The notes: generated from the letters alone by a model not told the origin. A stretch of DNA of 64,000 nucleotides from Deltaproteobacteria bacterium (GCA_005879795.1 VBKJ01000127.1:7427-71426); one strand, 5' to 3'. Shown: positions 40,821 to 54,168, counted from the stretch's first letter. Made by a program: numbers and translations.

Positions 40821-41582
40821 ATGGTTGAGGGCCTGCGCGGCGGGCGCCGTGCGGACGGCCGCCGGGCGGGGACGCTCCGACCGGTCAGGCTCACGCCCGG
40901 CTTCCTCCCGCCCGCCGAAGGGTCGGTGCTGATCGAGATGGGCTCGACGCGGGTCGTGTGCACGGCGACCGTGCAGGAGAGCGTGCCGCCCTTCCTGCGC
41001 GGCCAGGGGCGGGGCTGGGTCACCGCGGAGTACGCCATGTTGCCGCGCAGCGCGGGCGAGCGCATCGAGCGCGAGCGCCGCGGTCCGGGCGGGCGCACCC
41101 ACGAGATCCAGCGTCTGGTCGGGCGGAGCCTGCGGGCAGTCATGGATCTGACCGCCCTCGGCGAGCGCTCGATCCTGATCGACTGCGACGTGATCGAGGC
41201 CGACGGCGGGACGCGGACCGCGTCGATCACCGGCGGCTACGTGGCCCTCGTGCTCGCGCTCGAGCGCCTGCGCGCCGCCGGTGAGCTGCGCCGGCTGCCA
41301 CTCACCGGCAGCGTCGCCGCGGTGAGCGCCGGCATCGTCGATGGCCGCGTGCTCCTCGACCTCGCCTATGCCGAGGACAGCCGCGCGGAGGTCGACCTGA
41401 ACGTGGTCATGACCGGTGCCGGCCGCTACGTCGAGGTCCAGGGCACGGCCGAGGGGAAGCCGTTCACCGAGAGCCAGCTCGCGCGGCTGCTCGGGGTCGC
41501 GCGCGCGGGCGTGCGCGAGCTGACCGCGCTCCAGGGTGCGACGCTGCGCGAGGCGGGCGTCGTCCTCGCGAACCGCGGATGA
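40821..41582 (+). CDS. rph: Ribonuclease PH
   Basis: Contains [13 protein letters not shown]...[17 protein letters not shown]...[10 protein letters not shown]. Confidence 0.9.
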   Translation: MVEGLRGGRRADGRRAGTLRPVRLTPGFLPPAEGSVLIEMGSTRVVCTATVQESVPPFLRGQGRGWVTAEYAMLPRSAGERIERERRGPGGRTHEIQRLVGRSLRAVMDLTALGERSILIDCDVIEADGGTRTASITGGYVALVLALERLRAAGELRRLPLTGSVAAVSAGIVDGRVLLDLAYAEDSRAEVDLNVVMTGAGRYVEVQGTAEGKPFTESQLARLLGVARAGVRELTALQGATLREAGVVLANRG

Positions 41583-42223
41583 TTCCGCCGCGGCTCGTGC
41601 TCGCCACGGCGAACCGCGGCAAGGGCGAGGAGCTGCGCGCGCTGGTGGCGGAATGGGGGTCGGTCGAGGCCCTCTCGCTCGCCGCTTTCCCGGGCGTCGT
41701 CGGCGCCGAGGAGACGGGCGGCTCCTACCTGGAGAACGCGCTCGCCAAGGCGAGGGCCGTGGCGTCCGCGACCGCCCTCCCGGCGCTCGCCGACGACTCG
41801 GGGCTCGAGGTGGAGGCCCTCGGCGGTGCGCCCGGGGTTTGCTCGGCGCGCTGGGCGCCGACCGACGCCGCGCGCGTGGCCCGTCTCCTGGCCGCGCTCG
41901 GTTCGGTGCCGCGGGCGGCGCGCCGCGCCTGCTTCCGCTGCGTGCTCGCCCTCGCCTGGCCGGGGGGCGACGCGGTGACCGCCCATGGCACGTGCCGCGG
42001 CTGGATCGCGACCGCCCCCAGCGGCGGCGGCGGCTTCGGCTACGATCCCGTGTTCGTCGCCGACGAGCTCGGCTGCTCCTTCGCCGCGGCCTCGCCTGCG
42101 GACAAGCAGCGCGTCAGCCACCGGGCACGCGCCGCGCGGGCGCTCGGCGCCCGACTCGCTGTCGTGAGCGCGCAACGTTGCGTGGAGCCGGGAGTCCGTG
42201 TTAGGGAGTCGGATCACCTTTGA
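41579..42223 (+). CDS. rdgB: dITP/XTP pyrophosphatase (RdgB/Ham1 family)
   Basis: Contains [12 protein letters not shown]...DDSGLEV...[12 protein letters not shown] overlap with rph. Confidence 0.8.
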   Translation: MIPPRLVLATANRGKGEELRALVAEWGSVEALSLAAFPGVVGAEETGGSYLENALAKARAVASATALPALADDSGLEVEALGGAPGVCSARWAPTDAARVARLLAALGSVPRAARRACFRCVLALAWPGGDAVTAHGTCRGWIATAPSGGGGFGYDPVFVADELGCSFAAASPADKQRVSHRARAARALGARLAVVSAQRCVEPGVRVRESDHL

Positions 42224-42297
42224 CGGGGCGTAGCGCAGCCTGGAAGCGCACCTGCCTTGGGCGCAGGTGGTCGGCCGTTCGAATCGGCTCGCCCCGA
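42224..42297 (+). tRNA. tRNA-Pro(TGG): tRNA-Pro (anticodon TGG)
   Basis: Cloverleaf starts CGGGGCGTAGCGCAGCCTGG. Anticodon loop CTTGGGC. T-loop GGTTCGAATC. Confidence 0.85.
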
Positions 42298-42309
42298 CAT
42301 GGAACACCG

Positions 42310-42385
<76 letters not shown>

Positions 42386-42415
42386 TCGGTGACCGCACAC
42401 GAAGATGGAAACCAT

Positions 42416-42492
42416 GGTGAGTGTAGCTCAGTTGGCAGAGCACCGGGTTGTGGCCCCGGGGGTCGAGGGTTCAAGTCCCTTCACTCACCCCA
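42416..42492 (+). tRNA. tRNA-His(GTG): tRNA-His (anticodon GTG, G-1 encoded, CCA encoded)
   Basis: Starts GGTGAGTGTAGCTCAGTTGG. Anticodon loop TTGTGGC. Confidence 0.85.
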
Positions 42493-42539
42493 GGCGCCGG
42501 TCGGAGGGCCGCGGCTAGCCGACGGTCCTTCGTCCCTTT

Positions 42540-42612
<73 letters not shown>

Positions 42613-42800
42613 CTCAGGAATATCACGTGGTTGCGGGCTGCGGCGCCGCGCAGCCGCAGCCAGGCGTGCAAGGTATCGCGCGCCCCGTTGCCGACGAACA
42701 CGGCGCGCTCGCGATTCCCCTTGCTGACCACGCGCCGCCGCCCCGAGTCGCGGTCATCGTCGGCCAGCTCGAGCGCGACGAGTCTCCGCGCCAGGAACCT
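42613..42800 (-). pseudogene. Tyrosine-recombinase (phage-type integrase) internal fragment abutting the tRNA-Lys 3' end
   Basis: Minus-strand translation RFLARRLVALELADDDRDSGRRRVVSKGNRERAVFVGNGARDTLHAWLRLRG..NHVIFLS matches the integrase LRW.D.D...G...V..KGNKER.VP segment. It is preceded by an in-frame stop and runs into the tRNA. Confidence 0.45.
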
Positions 42801-42883
42801 CTACGTGCACCGCGCCATCACCGGGGTCGGGCGGAGAAGGGGGTCGGACCGACGGCCGCGGACTCGCGGCACGACCAGCCGTG

Positions 42884-44376
42884 TCAGAACGAGGAGAGAC
42901 CGCTTCTGATGGCGTAGCGGACCAGCTCGGCCGTCGTACGGGTACCGAGCTTGCGCATCGCATTCGCCCGGTGGGTCTTCACCGTCGTCGATGCTCACAA
43001 AGAGCCTCGCCGCGATTTCCTGGAGCCGTCTCCCTTCGCTGATGAGCTGGACAACCTCCCGCTCACGGGCGCTCAGGAGGGTCCTCTGTTCGCCACCCTC
43101 GACGACACGGTTGGCGAGCAGGCGAGCGACGGCGGGCGAGAAGTAGCTGTGGCCGCGGGCCGCATACCAACGTCGCTCACGAGCACGTCCGCCTTCCAGC
43201 GGGCGAGGATGTCGCGGGCATGCTCAGCGGAGGCGGCCTCTCGAACGTCTGCGCCGCAGGACGCGAGCAAGTTCCCCACGGCCTCGTTCGAGTCGGGCTC
43301 GTCATCGACAAGCAGGATTCGCAGCCCATCGAGCCGTTGCAGAGGCCCGTTCCCGGCAACCCCAGCCGTCGGATGGCGGCGCTCCGCCTCGCCCGCCGTC
43401 CGCGCCATCATCAGCGGGAGCTTCACGGTGAACACGGCACCCTGGCCCGGGCCGGGACTCTCCGCGTGGACGCTTCCGCCGTGCGCCTCCACGAGGTGCC
43501 GGACGATGGCGAGCCCGAGGCCGAGGCCGCCGTGTGCGCGGCTCGGTCCCATCTCGGCCTGTCGGAACCGCTCGAACACGCAGGGCAGGAACGCCGGGTC
43601 GATGCCCTGCCCGGTATCACTCACCGCGATCTCGATGTGCGAGTTCACCGGCTCCAGCACGACCTGAACGCGACCGCCCTTCGGCGTGAACTTGATCGCG
43701 TTCGAGAGCAGATTCCAAAGGACCTGCTGCAGCCGCTCGGCGTCGCCCAGAACCGCGCCGACCCCGGTGTCGACCACCATCTCCAGCCGAACGCCCTTCG
43801 CGTCGGCGGCCGGCCGCACGATGTCCACCGCCTTCTCGATGACCGGCGCGACCATCACCGGCCGCACGTCCAGGCGCATCTTCCCCGCGACGATGCGCGA
43901 TACGTCGAGGAGGTCCTCGATGAGCTGCGCCTGGCTGCGCGCACTCCGCTCGATCACTTCCATCCCATGGGCAACCCTGTCGGAACCGAGGATGCCTTGT
44001 TGCAGCATTCGCGCCCAGGTCAGGATCGCGGAGACTTCATCAGGCTGAAGACGGCGAGCCCGATGAAGTCGCTGGGGTCATCCACCCGCAACGAACCGAG
44101 CGGTGGGAGGAACAGGAGCGCGCACACCGCCGACACGGCGGTCGCGACCAGCCCGGCACCGAGCCCACCCAACCACGCCGCCAAGGCGACGGCTGGGTAG
44201 AACATCATGTAGGGGAGCTTGCTGCCCCAGATCGGGTCCAGCGCGTAGCGGGCGAAGGCGGCGACAAGCGCGGCGGACACGGCCACGAGGTAGGAAACGG
44301 TCCGAGGTAGTCGGCGCGCGCGGGCGTTCTGCGCCTCCGTGATTTCGCTCCGCAAACTCATCACCCCACCTCTCAC
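42884..44376 (-). pseudogene. Decayed two-component genes: a membrane sensor kinase (frameshifted, degenerate H-box) fused to a receiver with an internal deletion and a frameshifted LuxR HTH
   Basis: Minus-strand frames give a TM N-terminus and a HATPase domain (NLLSNAIKFT...DTGQGI...GGLGLGLAIV). Then RILLVDDEP...DVLVSDVGM jumps to ...GHSYFSPAVARLLANRVVEGGEQRTLLSAREREVVQLISEG..LFVSID, and after a +1 shift TVKTHRANAMRKLGTRTTAELVRYAIRSGLSSF*. Confidence 0.5.
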
Positions 44377-44458
44377 GGGCTCCTTACGTGAGTGCAGGGC
44401 GTGAGCCGCCGCTCAGGGGAGCCGCGCGAACGGATCGGCCGACCAGCCGAGCACGGCC

Positions 44459-46252
44459 CTATACCCCCAAACAACCCGATCCACAAGAACAAGTAGAAAA
44501 GGAGGGCACTGCCCCCTGCTCGCCGACGGCATCCTTCGCCTCGGGCCCGCGGGTGAGATCCAGGGTGAACGACAACGTGCTGCCACGGCCCACCGTGCTC
44601 TCCAGTCGGAGCTCACCGCCCATCAGCTCTACCAGCCGGCGCGAGATCGTGAGTCCGAGACCCGTTCCGCCGTACTTCCGTGTCGTGCTGCCGTCGGCCT
44701 GCGTGAAGCTCTCGAACACGGCGGTCTGGCGCTCGGGCGCGATGCCGATGCCGGTGTCGCGCACCGCGAACAGAACGGCGACGTGTGACGGGGTCTCGCG
44801 GACTGCGCGGGCCTCGATCGCGACCTGGCCGCGCTCGGTGAACTTGATCGCGTTCTCCACGAGGTTCGTGAGCACCTGCCGGAGCCGACCCGCGTCACCG
44901 GCGAGCTCGCGGTGCAGGCCCGCATCGACACGGCAGGCGAGCGCGAGACCCTTCGCGGCGGCGGAGGGCTCGAGCAGGTGGGCGATCTCGCGGATCGTTG
45001 CGCCGACATCCAGCGGGCCGCTCTCGATCCCGAGCTTGCCTGCCTCGATCTTCGAGAGATCGAGGATGTCGTTGATGATGGCGAGGAGTGCCACCGCCGC
45101 GGAGCGTGCGCGCCCCAGATACTCCCGGGCTTCCGGCTCGAGGTTGGTGTCGAGCGCCATGTCGGTCATGCCGATGAAGACGTGCATGGGCGACCGGATC
45201 TCGTGGCTCGTGTTCGCGAGGAAGTCCGACTTCGCCCGAGTCGCCGCCAGCGCCGTATCGCGCGCCTCCGCGAGATCGCGCATGTAGACGGCCCGCTCGT
45301 GCTCGGCGCGCTTGCGCTCGCCGACGTCGCGCCAGTTGATGACTATGCCGCGGACGGCGGGGTAGTCGAGGAGATTTCTCCCGACGGCCTCGATGTCGCA
45401 CCACGTGCCGTCCTTGCGCCGGGAGCGACACTCCATCGAGGCCGTCTCGCGGGCACCGAGCGCGAGTGAGCGAACGCGTGCGACGTCGTCGGGATGGATA
45501 TAATCGAGCACAGGGCGGCCGATCAGCTCTCCCGGCCGGTAGCCGAGCACGCGCTCGATCGATGGGCTCTCGTAGAGGATGCTGCCGGCGGCATCGACGA
45601 TCGTGATGGTATCCGAGCCCCGTTCGATGAGCGCCCGGAAGCGCTCCTCGCTGGCCCGCAGCGCACCCTCGGCGTCGTCTCGCTCGGCGCGGTAGTGCTG
45701 CAGCTGATACGCGATGTAGATCGACACGAGGTACGCGATGGCGATCCCGGTCAGCAGATGGACGCTCACGTTGCCGAACGTGCCGTAGACCAGGAGCCAC
45801 CCGACGGCGGCGGAGAGACCCGCCGCCAGGAGTGTGATCAGCTGCCACCAGGGGCCCCACGGCATCGTCGTCGCCGTCGCGAACGCGATTGCGAGATCGG
45901 TGACGAGCTGAGTCTGGGCGTCGTTGCGGAGATAGCCGCTGATCGCGGAGGTGATGTAGATGCCGCTGACGAGGGTGACGCCGACCGCGATGGCGGGGCG
46001 GGGGGGCGGGCGCCGCCGGTTCACCACCGCGCCGCCGCCAATGAGCAGGAACTCGACGAGACGGACGAGATGCAAGGATACCGGTCCGCCGTTCGGCAGC
46101 CGGAAGTCCTGTATGGTCAGAACCGTGACCGCGACGAAGAAGGCCCAGAGACCGGCGCGTCCGCGAGCGTGGAGATGATCGAAGTTCCGGTCGTCCGCCG
46201 ACCCGCCCGCTTCGGTTCGGACGGGCGGCGTCTTCGCGGCGGCGATCGTCAT
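44459..46252 (-). CDS. Membrane sensor histidine kinase with a PAS domain
   Basis: Multi-TM N-terminus. PAS domain (RALIERGSDTITIVDAAGSILYESPS). H-box SHEIRSPMHVF. HATPase GGTGLGLTISRRLVELMGG. Confidence 0.8.
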   Translation of the reverse strand: MTIAAAKTPPVRTEAGGSADDRNFDHLHARGRAGLWAFFVAVTVLTIQDFRLPNGGPVSLHLVRLVEFLLIGGGAVVNRRRPPPRPAIAVGVTLVSGIYITSAISGYLRNDAQTQLVTDLAIAFATATTMPWGPWWQLITLLAAGLSAAVGWLLVYGTFGNVSVHLLTGIAIAYLVSIYIAYQLQHYRAERDDAEGALRASEERFRALIERGSDTITIVDAAGSILYESPSIERVLGYRPGELIGRPVLDYIHPDDVARVRSLALGARETASMECRSRRKDGTWCDIEAVGRNLLDYPAVRGIVINWRDVGERKRAEHERAVYMRDLAEARDTALAATRAKSDFLANTSHEIRSPMHVFIGMTDMALDTNLEPEAREYLGRARSAAVALLAIINDILDLSKIEAGKLGIESGPLDVGATIREIAHLLEPSAAAKGLALACRVDAGLHRELAGDAGRLRQVLTNLVENAIKFTERGQVAIEARAVRETPSHVAVLFAVRDTGIGIAPERQTAVFESFTQADGSTTRKYGGTGLGLTISRRLVELMGGELRLESTVGRGSTLSFTLDLTRGPEAKDAVGEQGAVPSFSTCSCGSGCLGV

Positions 46253-46379
46253 CTTTTTGTCGCTCGAATCCCGTCTGCCTGCGCGGGCGGCAAGTCCCCA
46301 TTCGACTGCCGCCGCGAAAAGCAATGCTCGTGCCGGGGTCCGATCGCGGTGCGTCGCGGCGGGGTGTCTTCGGATCGGG

Positions 46380-46943
46380 TCATCGGGTGCCGCCCGGGGG
46401 CAACGCGCGTAGGAGGACGTCCTCCCCGCACAGCGCGGCGATCTCACTCCGGAACGCCGCGAGCACGGTCGGCTGACCCGGCAGCTCGGCGACGGGCGCG
46501 ACGCAGCCCATGCGTCTCGCCGCCCGCTCGACCGTGATGCGCACGCGCTCACCGTCGGGCTCGAGCACGATCGGCCAGTGGCGGCAGGCGGAGGGCTTGA
46601 AGGCCGCCACCCGCCGGCCCGTGCGCAGCGCCACGCTGTGAATCGCGCACAGCGCGTGGGCGCGGGTGCGGAAGAGGAACGGGCAGCTGCCGTCGGCGCG
46701 GGACTCGATCAGCATGTCGGGAGGATCGTCGACGAAGACGTTCTCGAAGCCCTGACCGTCGCGCAGCCCCGGTGCGAGACGCGCGAGCTCGTCCATCAGC
46801 GTGTCGATGGCGCGGACCTCGCGCCTCGAGACCTCGACCACGAGCCCGACGCAGCACGTGCGGCCGCGCGGGCAGCCATCGGGGTAGCAGCGGTAGCCGA
46901 GCTCGGTGAGCGAGGGGTCGAGCACGAAGCGCAGCGCACGCAT
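46380..46943 (-). CDS. Cysteine-cluster hypothetical protein (YkgJ/DUF3109-like?)
   Basis: Contains CYPDGCPRGRTCC...CPFLF...C..H...C.HWP. Family assignment is uncertain. Confidence 0.45.
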   Translation of the reverse strand: MRALRFVLDPSLTELGYRCYPDGCPRGRTCCVGLVVEVSRREVRAIDTLMDELARLAPGLRDGQGFENVFVDDPPDMLIESRADGSCPFLFRTRAHALCAIHSVALRTGRRVAAFKPSACRHWPIVLEPDGERVRITVERAARRMGCVAPVAELPGQPTVLAAFRSEIAALCGEDVLLRALPPGGTR

Positions 46944-47032
46944 GGACGATGCGATGCATACCATCGGAATAGGAGGGCGGGCGAAGGAGCTTGTCTCGGC
47001 CCGGGGCCGTTGTTATGGGTGGGCCCACGGAC

Positions 47033-47112
47033 GCGAGAGTGGCGGAACTGGTAGACGCACGAGACTTAGGATCTCGCGGGCAACCGTGGGGGTTCGAGTC
47101 CCCCCTCTCGCA
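47033..47112 (+). tRNA. tRNA-Leu(TAG): tRNA-Leu (anticodon TAG)
   Basis: Starts GCGAGAGTGGCGGAACTGGTAGACGC. Anticodon loop CTTAGGA. Long variable arm. Confidence 0.85.
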
Positions 47113-47135
47113 CGCGAGACCCCGGTGCGCGTGAC

Positions 47136-48464
47136 GTGATGGACCAGTCCACGGCGACGCTCGAGGACCTGACCCCGGTCCGCAAGCGCCTCGAGGTCGA
47201 GGTGCCCGCGGCCGCGGTGCAGGCCGAGCTCGACCGCACCTTCCACGAGGTCGGTCGGCGGGCGCGGCTGCGCGGCTTCCGCCCGGGCAAGGCCCCCCGC
47301 CCCGTGCTCGAGCGCGCGTTCGGCGAGGAGGTGCGGCGCGAGGTGCTGGGGCGGCTGGTGGAGGCCTCCTTTCATCGTGCGGTCGAGACGCACGGGCTGG
47401 CGGTCGTCGGCACCCCCGACATCGACGCAGAGCCGATCACGCCGGGCGCGGCGCTGCGCTACTCGGCCACCGTCGAGGTGCGCCCCGCGATCGCGCTCGG
47501 CGACTTGGGCGGCCTTCAGGTCGTGCGGCCCGCGACGCGCGTGAGCGACGCGGACGTCGAGCAGACCATCGGCGGGCTGAGGGAGTCCGTCGCCCAGCTC
47601 CGCCCGGTGGAGGACCGCGCACGGGTCGAAGCGGGGGACGTGGTGCTCGTCGACCTGACCAGCCGCCTCGAGGGCGGCGAGCCCGTGCGCCGCGAGGGCG
47701 TCCTCCTCGAGGCGGGCTCGGGCAGCTTCCCGCTCGCCCTCGAGCGCCAGCTCGTGGGCCAGAGCCGCGGCGCCCGGCTCGCGCTGCGCGTCCCGTATCC
47801 CGCGGACCATCCCAACACGGGGCTCGCCGGGAAGACCGCCGAGTTCGAGGTGGAGGTCAAGGAGCTGCGGGTGAAGGAGCTGCCGCCGCTCGACGACGAC
47901 TTCGCCCGCGACCACGGCAAGTGCGAGTCGCTCGCGGCGCTGCGCGCGCGTGTGCGGGCGGACCTCGAGCAGGAAGCCGCGACGCGCGCGGACGCCGCCG
48001 TTCGCGAGGCGCTCATCGATCAGCTGCTCGCGCGCCACACCTTCGACGTGCCCTCGACGCTCGTCGAGCGCCGGACCGAGGCGCTCCTTCAGACCCTCGA
48101 CCTCCGGTTGCCCGAGGGCGCGGAGCGCGAGCAGGCGCTCGCGCGCCTCCGGGAGCAGCTCCGGCCGCGCGCGGAGCGGCAGGTGCGGACCGAGCTCCTG
48201 CTCGACGCGCTCGCGGCGCGCGACGGGATCGCGGTGAACGACGACGAGCTCCATGCGGAGGTCGATGGCATCGCGGCGCGCGAGCGGCAGGTGGTTGAGC
48301 GCGTGCGCGCCTTCTACGAGCGTCCCGAGGCGCGCGCCGCGCTGCGGGCGAAGCTGGTGCGTGATCGCGCCCTTGCAGGGGTGCTCGCTGCTGCAAGAGT
48401 CATGCCGTCATCACCGGCGGAAAGCGTTGCCCATGAAAACCAAACCCGGTACAATCCGCGCTAG
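47136..48464 (+). CDS. tig: Trigger factor
   Basis: Contains [41 protein letters not shown]. Confidence 0.9.
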   Translation: MMDQSTATLEDLTPVRKRLEVEVPAAAVQAELDRTFHEVGRRARLRGFRPGKAPRPVLERAFGEEVRREVLGRLVEASFHRAVETHGLAVVGTPDIDAEPITPGAALRYSATVEVRPAIALGDLGGLQVVRPATRVSDADVEQTIGGLRESVAQLRPVEDRARVEAGDVVLVDLTSRLEGGEPVRREGVLLEAGSGSFPLALERQLVGQSRGARLALRVPYPADHPNTGLAGKTAEFEVEVKELRVKELPPLDDDFARDHGKCESLAALRARVRADLEQEAATRADAAVREALIDQLLARHTFDVPSTLVERRTEALLQTLDLRLPEGAEREQALARLREQLRPRAERQVRTELLLDALAARDGIAVNDDELHAEVDGIAARERQVVERVRAFYERPEARAALRAKLVRDRALAGVLAAARVMPSSPAESVAHENQTRYNPR

Positions 48465-49095
48465 CAGCGACGAAGCGGCCCCGCCCATGCACGCCAATCT
48501 CGTTCCCATCGTCATCGAGCAGACCGGTCGCGGCGAGCGGGCCTACGACATCTACTCGCGCCTCCTGCGCGACCGGATCGTGATCCTGGGTGCCCCGATC
48601 GGGGACGACCTCGCCAACCTGGTCGTGGCCCAGCTCCTCTTCCTCGAGTCCGAGGACCCGGAGAAGGACATCTACATGTACATCAACTCTCCGGGGGGCT
48701 CGGTGACCGCCGGCCTCGCGATCTACGACACCATGCAGTACATCAAGCCCGAGGTGGCGACCCTGTGCGTGGGGCAGGCGGCCAGCATGGCCGCGTGGCT
48801 GCTCGCGGCGGGGACCAAGAGCAAGCGCTTCGCGCTGCCCCACGCCCGTATCATGATCCACCAGCCGCTCGGCGGGGTGCAGGGCCAGGCGGCCGACATC
48901 GACATCCAGGCGCGCGAGATCATCCGGCTGCGCGAGCAGATGAACAACATCCTGGTCAAGCACACCGGGCAGAGCCTCAAGAAGATCGAGAAGGACACCG
49001 ACCGGGACCTCTTCCTGACCGGCAAGCAGGCGGTCGAGTACGGACTCGTCGACGAGGTCATCGTGACCCGGCCGGGCAAGCTCACGAAGGCGTAG
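48433..49095 (+). CDS. clpP: ATP-dependent Clp protease proteolytic subunit
   Basis: Contains [23 protein letters not shown]...[12 protein letters not shown]. The start is ATG 48433 (propeptide) or 48487. Confidence 0.9.
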   Translation: MKTKPGTIRASSDEAAPPMHANLVPIVIEQTGRGERAYDIYSRLLRDRIVILGAPIGDDLANLVVAQLLFLESEDPEKDIYMYINSPGGSVTAGLAIYDTMQYIKPEVATLCVGQAASMAAWLLAAGTKSKRFALPHARIMIHQPLGGVQGQAADIDIQAREIIRLREQMNNILVKHTGQSLKKIEKDTDRDLFLTGKQAVEYGLVDEVIVTRPGKLTKA

Positions 49096-49104
49096 GGGGG
49101 CCTC

Positions 49105-50358
<1,254 letters not shown>

Positions 50359-50373
50359 GGGAACGGGGGACGA

Positions 50374-52839
50374 ATGCTTTTCCGGAACGAGAAACGGGAC
50401 CCGCGCGAGCCGCAGCCCCAGACGGCCGGGCTCCGCGTGCCGCTCCTGCCGCTGCGGGACATCATCGTCTTCCCGCACATGGTGGTGCCGCTCTTCGTCG
50501 GGCGCCAGAAGTCGATCCGCGCCCTCGAGGAGGCGATGAACAAGCAGAAGTTCATCCTCCTCGCGGCGCAGAAGGACGCCAAGACCAACGATCCCACCGA
50601 GGACGACATCTACCGGGTCGGCACGCTCGGCACCGTGGTGCAGCTGCTGCGCCTGCCCGACGGTACCGTCAAGGTGCTGGTCGAGGGCAAGAAGCGGGCG
50701 CGCGTCACGCGCTACCTGAGCAACGCCGAGTACTTCCTGGTCGAGGCCGAGGCCATCGAGGAGGTCTGCACCAAGTCGACCGAGGTCGAGGCCCTGATCC
50801 GCAGCGTCAATGCCACCTTCGAGAACTACGTGAAGCTCAACAAGAAGGTCCCGCCCGAGATGATCATGTCGGTCTCCTCGATCGACGATCCCGCGCGGCT
50901 CGCCGACACGATCGTCGCCCACCTCGGCATCAAGCTCGAGGACAAGCAAACGCTCCTCGAGATGACGAACCCGGCCGAGCGCCTGGAGAAGGTCCTCGGG
51001 TTCATGCGGTCCGAGATCGAGATCCTCGAGGTCGAGAAGCGCATCCGTACGCGAGTCAAGAAGCAGATGGAGAAGACCCAGAAGGAGTACTACCTCAACG
51101 AGCAGATGCGCGCGATCCAGAAGGAGCTCGGCGAGAAGGACGAGTTCAAGAACGAGATCCAGGAGCTGGAAGAGAAGATCAAGCAGAAGAAGATGTCGGC
51201 GGAGGCGCGCGAGAAGGTGGAGAAGGAGCTGAAGAAGCTCAAGATGATGTCGCCCATGTCCGCCGAGGCGACCGTCGTCCGCAACTACATCGACTGGCTC
51301 ATCTCGCTGCCGTGGCACGAGTACACGGAGGACAAGCTCGACATCAAGGACGCGGAGAAGGTCCTCGAGGACGACCACTTCGGCCTCGACAAGGTGAAGC
51401 AGCGCATCCTCGAGTACCTCGCGGTGCAGAGCCTGGTCGGTCACACCAAGGGGCCGATCCTCTGCCTGGTCGGGCCCCCCGGGGTGGGCAAGACGTCGCT
51501 CGGCAAGTCGATCGCGCGCGCCACCGGCCGGAAGTTCGTGCGCGTGTCACTGGGCGGCGTGCGCGACGAGGCCGAGGTTCGCGGCCACCGCCGCACCTAC
51601 ATCGGCGCGCTGCCGGGCAAGATCATCCAGTGCATGAAGCGCGCCGGCTCGGGCAACCCGGTCTTCCTGCTCGACGAGGTGGACAAGATGTCCACCGACT
51701 TCCGGGGGGATCCGTCGTCGGCCCTCCTCGAGGTCCTCGACCCCGAGCAGAACAGCACCTTCAACGACCACTACCTGGACGTCGACTACGATCTCTCGAA
51801 GGTCATGTTCGTCACCACCGCGAACACGCTCGAGCGCATCCCGCGCCCGCTCCAGGACCGGATGGAGATCATCCGCATCGCGGGCTACACCGAGCTCGAG
51901 AAGCTGAACATCGCCAAGCGCTACCTGATCCCGAAGCAGCAGGAGGCGAACGGCTTGAAGCCCGAGAACATCGCCCTCTCCGACTCGGCGCTCATGTCGA
52001 TCGTCCGCCACTACACGAAGGAGGCGGGGGTCCGGAACCTCGAGCGCGAGATCGCCAGCGTGTGTCGCAAGGTCGCGGTCGAGGTGGTGAAGAAGGACCG
52101 CAACGCCCGCATCCGCGTGTCGGCGAAGACCCTGTCCACCTATCTCGGTCCGCCGCGCTACCGCTTCGGGAAGGCGGAGGTCGAGCACAAGATCGGCGTG
52201 GCGACCGGGCTGGCGTGGACCGACCTGGGCGGCGAGCTGCTCGCCACCGAGGTGCAGATCATGCCCGGCAAGGGCAAGCTCCTGATCACCGGCCGCCTGG
52301 GCGAGGTGATGCAGGAGTCGGCGCAGGCGGCGATGAGCTACGTCCGCTCACGCGCCGAGGAGCTCGGGCTCGAGCGCGACTTCTACCAGAAGATCGACAT
52401 TCACATTCACATCCCGGAGGGCGCCATCCCCAAGGACGGGCCGTCGGCGGGCATCACCATGGCGACCGCCCTGGTCTCCGCGCTGACCCGCATCCCGGTA
52501 CGGCACGACCTCGCCATGACGGGCGAGGTGACGCTCCGGGGGAACGTGCTGCCCATCGGCGGCTTGAAGGAGAAGGTCCTGGCGGCGCACCGGGGCGGCA
52601 TCAAGAAGGTCCTCATCCCGGTGGAAAACGAGAAGGACGTCCGGGAGATACCGGCCGTCATCCTCAAGTCGATCGAGATCGAGCTCGTCGAGCACATGGA
52701 CCAGGTGCTGCGCAAGGCGCTCGTGCTCGCGGACCCGGAGAACTACCCGAAGAGGCCCGGGACACCGCCCGCCGAGGAGATGCCGACGACCTTCCAGGCG
52801 GCGGGATCGCCCGACGCGCCCGACATCGTCACGCATTGA
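50374..52839 (+). CDS. lon: Lon protease
   Basis: LON N-terminal domain, AAA+ region GPPGVGKTS and the protease Ser-Lys dyad (PKDGPSAG). Confidence 0.95.
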   Translation: MLFRNEKRDPREPQPQTAGLRVPLLPLRDIIVFPHMVVPLFVGRQKSIRALEEAMNKQKFILLAAQKDAKTNDPTEDDIYRVGTLGTVVQLLRLPDGTVKVLVEGKKRARVTRYLSNAEYFLVEAEAIEEVCTKSTEVEALIRSVNATFENYVKLNKKVPPEMIMSVSSIDDPARLADTIVAHLGIKLEDKQTLLEMTNPAERLEKVLGFMRSEIEILEVEKRIRTRVKKQMEKTQKEYYLNEQMRAIQKELGEKDEFKNEIQELEEKIKQKKMSAEAREKVEKELKKLKMMSPMSAEATVVRNYIDWLISLPWHEYTEDKLDIKDAEKVLEDDHFGLDKVKQRILEYLAVQSLVGHTKGPILCLVGPPGVGKTSLGKSIARATGRKFVRVSLGGVRDEAEVRGHRRTYIGALPGKIIQCMKRAGSGNPVFLLDEVDKMSTDFRGDPSSALLEVLDPEQNSTFNDHYLDVDYDLSKVMFVTTANTLERIPRPLQDRMEIIRIAGYTELEKLNIAKRYLIPKQQEANGLKPENIALSDSALMSIVRHYTKEAGVRNLEREIASVCRKVAVEVVKKDRNARIRVSAKTLSTYLGPPRYRFGKAEVEHKIGVATGLAWTDLGGELLATEVQIMPGKGKLLITGRLGEVMQESAQAAMSYVRSRAEELGLERDFYQKIDIHIHIPEGAIPKDGPSAGITMATALVSALTRIPVRHDLAMTGEVTLRGNVLPIGGLKEKVLAAHRGGIKKVLIPVENEKDVREIPAVILKSIEIELVEHMDQVLRKALVLADPENYPKRPGTPPAEEMPTTFQAAGSPDAPDIVTH

Positions 52840-52900
52840 CACCGCACAGGTCGGTTGCTAAAGCGGCCGGCGCGCAAGGGCCGGACTTAGGGGAGGGGGC

Positions 52901-53173
52901 ATGACGAAGGCCGACCTGATCGACGGAATGGCGAGCAAGCTGGACCTGCCGAAAGGCCAGGCCGAGCGGGCCGTCAACATGATCTTCGACGACATCGTCG
53001 CCGCCCTCCGCAACGGCGACAAGGTGAACATCTCGGGCTTCGGCACGTTTGCCGTCTCGGCGCGCAAGGCCCGCGCCGGCCGCAACCCCAAGACGGGCGA
53101 GACCATCCAGATCGCGGCTTCCAAGTCGGCGAAGTTCAAGGCCGGCAAGACGCTCAAGGACCAGCTCAACTGA
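52901..53173 (+). CDS. hup: DNA-binding protein HU
   Basis: Starts [16 protein letters not shown]...[22 protein letters not shown]. Good SD. Confidence 0.9.
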   Translation: MTKADLIDGMASKLDLPKGQAERAVNMIFDDIVAALRNGDKVNISGFGTFAVSARKARAGRNPKTGETIQIAASKSAKFKAGKTLKDQLN

Positions 53174-53320
53174 CACGCTCGCGGGCCCGCCGGGCGGGCA
53201 CGCGCACACCGACCGCGGGCGGTCAGCCCAGCGGGGGAGCATCGGCCTCCCACCGCAGGCCGCGCGCCTCGCCGCCGACTGCGGAGCATCGGCAAGGCGC
53301 GTGAGCGCCCCGCGCCGCAA

Positions 53321-53785
53321 TCAGCGGCGCCTCGTTACCGGGATCGTCTCCATGGCAAGCGGCGCCTCGAGGTCCGCTTCCGTGAACGGCTGCCGGCGGT
53401 ACTGGAACGCCTCGTACAGCGGGAGCTGGTCGCGCAGGTGCGGCGGCTCGTGTCCCAGGTCCGCCCCGGTGAATGTCGCCGACTCGCCGGGAGGAACGAT
53501 GATCTCGCCGCGCACCGGCTGGCCGAGCTCGGTGACGAGGTTGAAGGAGCCGCGATTCTCGCGCTCCATCATGGTGGGCCCGAAGAGCGGGCTGATCGCG
53601 CCCAGGTCCCGGTAGCTCTCGAGGAGGGCCGGCATCCGCCACCGGCTCTGGGGCACGCCGTAGGCGTCCCGCACGATGGTGACGGCCTCGGGCGACGCGC
53701 TCACCGCCGCGGGGCGTCCCGCGAAGAAGGCGACCAGCGCGATCAGGAGCGCCGCTCTCGGCACCTGGACGGGCTTGCTCGGCAC
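53321..53785 (-). CDS. Hypothetical secreted protein
   Basis: Probable GTG start giving the signal peptide VPSKPVQVPRAALLIALVAFFAGRPAAVSA. No recognisable domain. Confidence 0.4.
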   Translation of the reverse strand: MPSKPVQVPRAALLIALVAFFAGRPAAVSASPEAVTIVRDAYGVPQSRWRMPALLESYRDLGAISPLFGPTMMERENRGSFNLVTELGQPVRGEIIVPPGESATFTGADLGHEPPHLRDQLPLYEAFQYRRQPFTEADLEAPLAMETIPVTRRR

Positions 53786-54016
53786 GCGCGGCACGGGTTC
53801 TAACGCCGACCAGCTGAAAAGCAAAGGGGGAGCGCGAGGCAGAATCACAACCTGGCCGACGTCGAGAAGCTCCGCGAGCGCCTCGCAGCCGCGCGCACGT
53901 ACGTGCGCAACCCGGGAGCGCGCCGCAAGGTGGTGCCGCTGCCCCTGACACGCCAGCGGAGAAGCGCGCTTGCGATCGGCGACCGATGCCGGTAACTGCG
54001 CCTATCCAAGGGGTAT

Positions 54017-54088
54017 GGGCGGTTAGCTCAGCGGGAGAGCATCGGCCTTACAAGCCGGGGGTCGCCGGTTCGATCCCGGCACCGCCCA
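54017..54088 (+). tRNA. tRNA-Val(TAC): tRNA-Val (anticodon TAC)
   Basis: Starts GGGCGGTTAGCTCAGCGGGAGAGC. Anticodon loop CTTACAA. Confidence 0.85.
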
Positions 54089-54168
54089 CTGCTGGTCCGG
54101 TCCGAGCGGTCAGGTCCGCCGCACCGGGCTGATGGTGGTGGTCGATAACGCGCGCCTGCCGGGTTTGG

